A stretch of 64,000 nt of DNA. It comes from Acidobacteriota bacterium (GTDB lineage Bacteria; Acidobacteriota; UBA6911). Every line of letters begins with the position of its first letter. Position 1 is the stretch's first letter. The notes beneath the pieces are model-generated. The model saw only the letters and a program-made list of their open reading frames with translations, was not told where the DNA came from and ran no database searches. Below, one piece after another: positions 60,582 through 64,000 of this stretch. Position numbers and translations under genes: made by a program. Location of the stretch: assembly GCA_963664705.1 (NCBI GenBank), contig OY761556.1, forward strand, positions 5,824,001-5,888,000. The letters run 5' to 3'.

Positions 60582-60844
60582 CTTCGAGTGGAACTCGAAC
60601 AAGAATCCGATGGGCGTTGGATTGCGGAAGTAACCGAATTGCCCGGTGTACTTGCTTACGGCGAAACTCCTGGAGATGCGCGTGCAAAAGCGCAGGCCCT
60701 CGCACTCCGAGTGGTTGCCGATCGCCTCGAACACGGCGAGGCTGGCCGGACTTTGTTTTCGCATTCCATGATGGAGAGGAAATCGGTCCACACATGCTGG
60801 CACGAATTGCCAAAGAGACAGGTCTTCATTCTAAGGATCTCTAA
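60582..60844 (+). pseudogene. hicB: HicB-HicA toxin-antitoxin remnant fused by internal deletion
   Basis: ELEQESDGRWIAEV.ELPGVLAYGET (HicB) joins GWPDFVFAFHDGEEIGPHMLARIAK (HicA C-terminal half) at about 60740. Confidence 0.75.
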
Positions 60845-60909
60845 AACGCACGCTGAAAAATTGTGAAATCATACGAGCCTAATTTCAAAGCTGCCCAGGC
60901 GCAGTTTCA

Positions 60910-62283
60910 TTACAAGGCGCTGACAGCCTCTTTACGTGAACCGATTTCCTCCTGCATTTGAAGAACCTGCTTGTCCTCCAACCGGTATCCAAAGTAGAAG
61001 ACGATTGCTGCAATACAGCACGTAGCCGCCGGGATGATCGTTATCAGGGATTTGATACCGCTGACCACGCCCGGAGTCGGGGCAGTGTTGGCCACAAATC
61101 CTATTGCCACCAGGCCAACACTCAAAAGAACGCTTCTCAGGAATACGCCCACTTTGATAGGCAAATTGATCAAAGCCATGGTAAAGGCTCGTATGTTTTT
61201 CCCTGTCTTCCATTCTCCATAAATGACCGTATCTGAAAACAGCGCCGTGATCATTGATCCTGAGACTGAGAAAGCCATCATGGCCAGCGAGATCATAAGG
61301 GTAAAACCCCAGGAGGTTCCGCTCGTAAGCCTGGCAAGCAAGAACAGGAATGCGGCAACAAGCAGAAATATCCAATAGCAGCCCCGTTTGCCGATTCTGA
61401 TGCCTATCCAGCTTGCCACCAAGGTCCCGGCAAACCGTCCGACGCTGATGATCAGTATAAACATGGAAACAAAGGATGGATTGTTCTGCACATACGTGAA
61501 GTAATAGATCGCAAGCGCTGTAACCATAAAAAGGCTGGTGAGGTTGAACGTCTGAGCAATAATCAGACCCAGCAGCGGAGGGTTTTTAAATACCAGCCCG
61601 ACAATTTCACGGAGCGAAGGTCCTCTGGCTCCGGAAACGGCGGGTGATTCGTCGTACGGGTCTTTGCCAGCCGTGAGCCGGTAAATGTACAGATACCCCG
61701 CGACGGTGGCTATTCCGTAGATGGCCGTTGCGAGGGAAAACCCGGTTATCCGATCAGTCAGTTTGCCGAAATAAATAATGAGCGGCATTCCGGTGACCGA
61801 AAAGAGCAGTCCGGCAGCGGCCATGCCCTGAGCGCGACTGCTGGACAGAATCGTGCGCTCATCCGGCAACCGGCTCAGTCTGCCGATCATGGAACCGTTT
61901 GCCGCCGCCACCACATTCCAGAGGAGATGGCTCGTCACGAATCCAAACATAATGATTGCCACCGCAGTCACGTCGGTGCCTATTTTGGTAAACTGCAGCA
62001 CCGCCAGGGGAAAAAACATTAGCGGCCCGACCAGGAACCACGACCGGTATTTGCCGCCGAACCTGAGGGCAATTTTTTGCAGTATGATTCCCCCGGTCAG
62101 GGCACAGACTATGTCTCCCAAGCTGGTGATGATAAGAATGTTGCCGACGATCGCGAGCGAAAATGCAGCATAATCGGTTAGGAATGCTGTAAAAAAATAA
62201 AGCTCCATGCTGGTCAGCATGACGAAAAACATGTCGGCAATTCCATAAGTGTAAAGCAACGGCTTGGCTAATCGTTCAGCCAT
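60910..62283 (-). CDS. MFS transporter, GPH (MelB-like) family
   Basis: GKYRSW, KNPPL, DTVIYGEWKTG; about 12 TM segments; AAGGAG RBS. Confidence 0.88.
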   Translation of the reverse strand: MAERLAKPLLYTYGIADMFFVMLTSMELYFFTAFLTDYAAFSLAIVGNILIITSLGDIVCALTGGIILQKIALRFGGKYRSWFLVGPLMFFPLAVLQFTKIGTDVTAVAIIMFGFVTSHLLWNVVAAANGSMIGRLSRLPDERTILSSSRAQGMAAAGLLFSVTGMPLIIYFGKLTDRITGFSLATAIYGIATVAGYLYIYRLTAGKDPYDESPAVSGARGPSLREIVGLVFKNPPLLGLIIAQTFNLTSLFMVTALAIYYFTYVQNNPSFVSMFILIISVGRFAGTLVASWIGIRIGKRGCYWIFLLVAAFLFLLARLTSGTSWGFTLMISLAMMAFSVSGSMITALFSDTVIYGEWKTGKNIRAFTMALINLPIKVGVFLRSVLLSVGLVAIGFVANTAPTPGVVSGIKSLITIIPAATCCIAAIVFYFGYRLEDKQVLQMQEEIGSRKEAVSAL

Positions 62284-62762
62284 TTACAGACACTCCTTTT
62301 CAAAATGGTGCTGTTTGAAAGATCAACCATCATTATTCATAGCTGTACTCCCGAGGACAACATGATTGATCGTGACTTGGCGGCAGTGGTTGCTGTCAAA
62401 GCCTCTGGAGGAGGTCCAGAAATCCTACTTGGCAGCAAGTAACCCAAAGGATGTCGAAGCCCATCTGGGCAAGCATTTCGATCAGATGAAATACCATGAT
62501 TTCCTAGTCTCCCACATGCTGTCATTCGATTTGCTTCGTAAGTCTGTTATGGATGATTTCGTCAAACGGTCGAGATAGATTGTTAAGGAATAAGTAATGT
62601 CACTGGAAACGCTAAAGTCAGCCGCGAGAACAGCATTGGCTCCTTTATTTAGCAATTTAGCGCATTTCTCAGATCGGGACTACAGGACAATTGCATTCGG
62701 ACCTTTGGGGAGTTGCGGTAAAACCAATGCCAGGAAATTCTTTTGAGGGCATACTAGAAGGC

Positions 62763-63782
62763 ATGAAAATTAGACGCTTTTTTTTGCTGCTGGCGTGCAT
62801 CTTTGGGCTTGTTCCCTTATTCGCACAACAATCACCCCGCGTCGGCTTTGAGGTAAAGGAACCAAAGCTACTTAAAACGGTTGCAATAGAATATCCGGAG
62901 GAGGCAAAGATTCTCGGATTGCAAGGTCCCGTAACTATTAAATTACTGATTAATAAAAAGGGACAAGTAGAAGACATCGATCCAGTGTTCTCTATTCCCT
63001 TGTTACTCGAACCCACAGTTGCTGCGGCAAAACACTTTCAGTTTGCGCCCACGGTTCAGAATGGTAAACCTATTGCAGTAACAGCGATCATGACAGTGCA
63101 CTTCGTTCTACGTCAAACGCCAGGGTTTCTGAAATTTCAGGATGGAAGTGGAATGCCGGGTGGATTATTGGTTGGATTAAGCCAGAAGGGATTGTCTCCC
63201 ATAATCGCCAGAATCGATCAGGATGGAAATTACATATCAGTTAGGGGGGAACGGAGCAACGCAAATCAACCATTGAGAATCATTCCAGCCCCACACATGG
63301 CGCTTTCCTTGCTGGAAGAAAGACTCAAAACAGCTCAGGATCGTTTCTCGCCTCCACACGAGCTATGGAGTCCTGAGTTTCGATTCCCGGACGGCAATAT
63401 ATCGTACTTTATGCAAAGGAAAGGGCTTCAGCAGCTTTATCATTCCACAATACTGGTAACGAATGGTTCTCATCTCATTCAACTTGCAGGTAACGATCCC
63501 GACGTGAAGCCTCCGCAGCTAGACCTCGACTTAACGAAACTTGGAGAGCAAGCCTTCGATCTTACATATCAAGGCGGATCTGCCTATTTCTGCACGTTGT
63601 TTGTTGATAAAGACGGCTCTATTCTCGGATTAGAACACCAGGGTTATCCCCTGGATCCTATTTATAAAGCACTTGCCAATGCGCATGTCATTAAGCCAGG
63701 TATGCGGCACGGAATTCCTGTACCGACTGCCGTTTTGGTGGCTATTCAAGTTCCTATTGTTTGGGCCAAGATCCAACACTAA
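62763..63782 (+). CDS. Secreted TonB C-terminal domain protein
   Basis: Signal peptide; EYPEEAK..LQGPV..LINKKGQV..FAPTVQNGKP; a second degenerate TonB_C-like end PGMRHGIPV. Confidence 0.78.
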   Translation: MKIRRFFLLLACIFGLVPLFAQQSPRVGFEVKEPKLLKTVAIEYPEEAKILGLQGPVTIKLLINKKGQVEDIDPVFSIPLLLEPTVAAAKHFQFAPTVQNGKPIAVTAIMTVHFVLRQTPGFLKFQDGSGMPGGLLVGLSQKGLSPIIARIDQDGNYISVRGERSNANQPLRIIPAPHMALSLLEERLKTAQDRFSPPHELWSPEFRFPDGNISYFMQRKGLQQLYHSTILVTNGSHLIQLAGNDPDVKPPQLDLDLTKLGEQAFDLTYQGGSAYFCTLFVDKDGSILGLEHQGYPLDPIYKALANAHVIKPGMRHGIPVPTAVLVAIQVPIVWAKIQH

Positions 63783-64000
63783 AAGTGGCAATTAACAATT
63801 TGGCGTTATCTCCTACAACTTCGGGGGATTGTCGAATATTTCACATCTTCGAGTAGTGCGCATTTCGAACAAGTAAGCCTGCAAAAGGCTGTGGGATCAG
63901 CAATCCCGGCAGCCCTGTTCTTTCCGCGTACGGGCGTGTTCAACTTTCAGTCCGACTGGCTCAATATCAACCTCGGCTTAGATGATGTTTGAAAATAGTG

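Larger units (their letters stand above)
43771..63814 (+). repeat. Array of degenerate direct 28-bp intergenic sites (about 11 recognisable and 5 weak copies)
   Basis: Cores at 43771, 46019, 46953, 48102, 49957, 52364, 55184, 59220, 60019, 62644, 63787. Weaker copies at about 51843, 53225, 57700, 58283, 60501. Consensus GGCAATTWAC-ATTTTGGC-GTTATCTCCC. Confidence 0.85.

Noticed and set aside
62366-62578. 70-aa ORF upstream of site 62644
   Set aside because: It may be a C-terminal gene fragment, but no family was recognised.
43771-63814. Array sites as CRISPR repeats
   Set aside because: Spacing is 0.5-3 kb and contains genes, the repeats are degenerate, and there are no cas genes.
43771-63814. 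Array sites as classical attC
   Set aside because: AAC and GTT are only 8 bp apart. I see no 55-140 bp hairpin with L boxes and no intI in the window. IntegronFinder is needed to exclude it formally.

Overview
Bacterial chromosomal window, most likely Acidobacteriota (TIGR03435 protein, TPR-kinase tail, signal-peptide TonB protein). No rRNA, tRNA, CRISPR, integrase or transposase was seen. There are three blocks. (1) 1.3-32 kb is a catabolic island. It holds a divergent cluster matching the anaerobic phloroglucinol pathway (cupin, SDR, cyclase, 3-hydroxyacyl-CoA-dehydrogenase family, IclR / BKACE, AtoDA). It also holds several exported hydrolases including a tannase-family enzyme, five paralogues of one uncharacterised secreted family, a double-MoaF protein and a UroD/MtaA-family protein. 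(2) 32-43.7 kb holds an ABC exporter, accessory genes, and btuB-cobQ under two tandem cobalamin riboswitches. (3) 43.7-64 kb is a run of unrelated 1-3 gene modules and pseudogenes. Almost every junction carries a degenerate, same-orientation 28-bp site (consensus GGCAATTWAC-ATTTTGGC-GTTATCTCCC, often with a GACTTCAGGACAATTGC tail). Its inverted arms and 8-bp asymmetric spacer resemble a tyrosine-recombinase site. This candidate gene-cassette array, which does not look like an attC integron, is the most novel signal. All family calls come from motifs read by eye; no searches were run.
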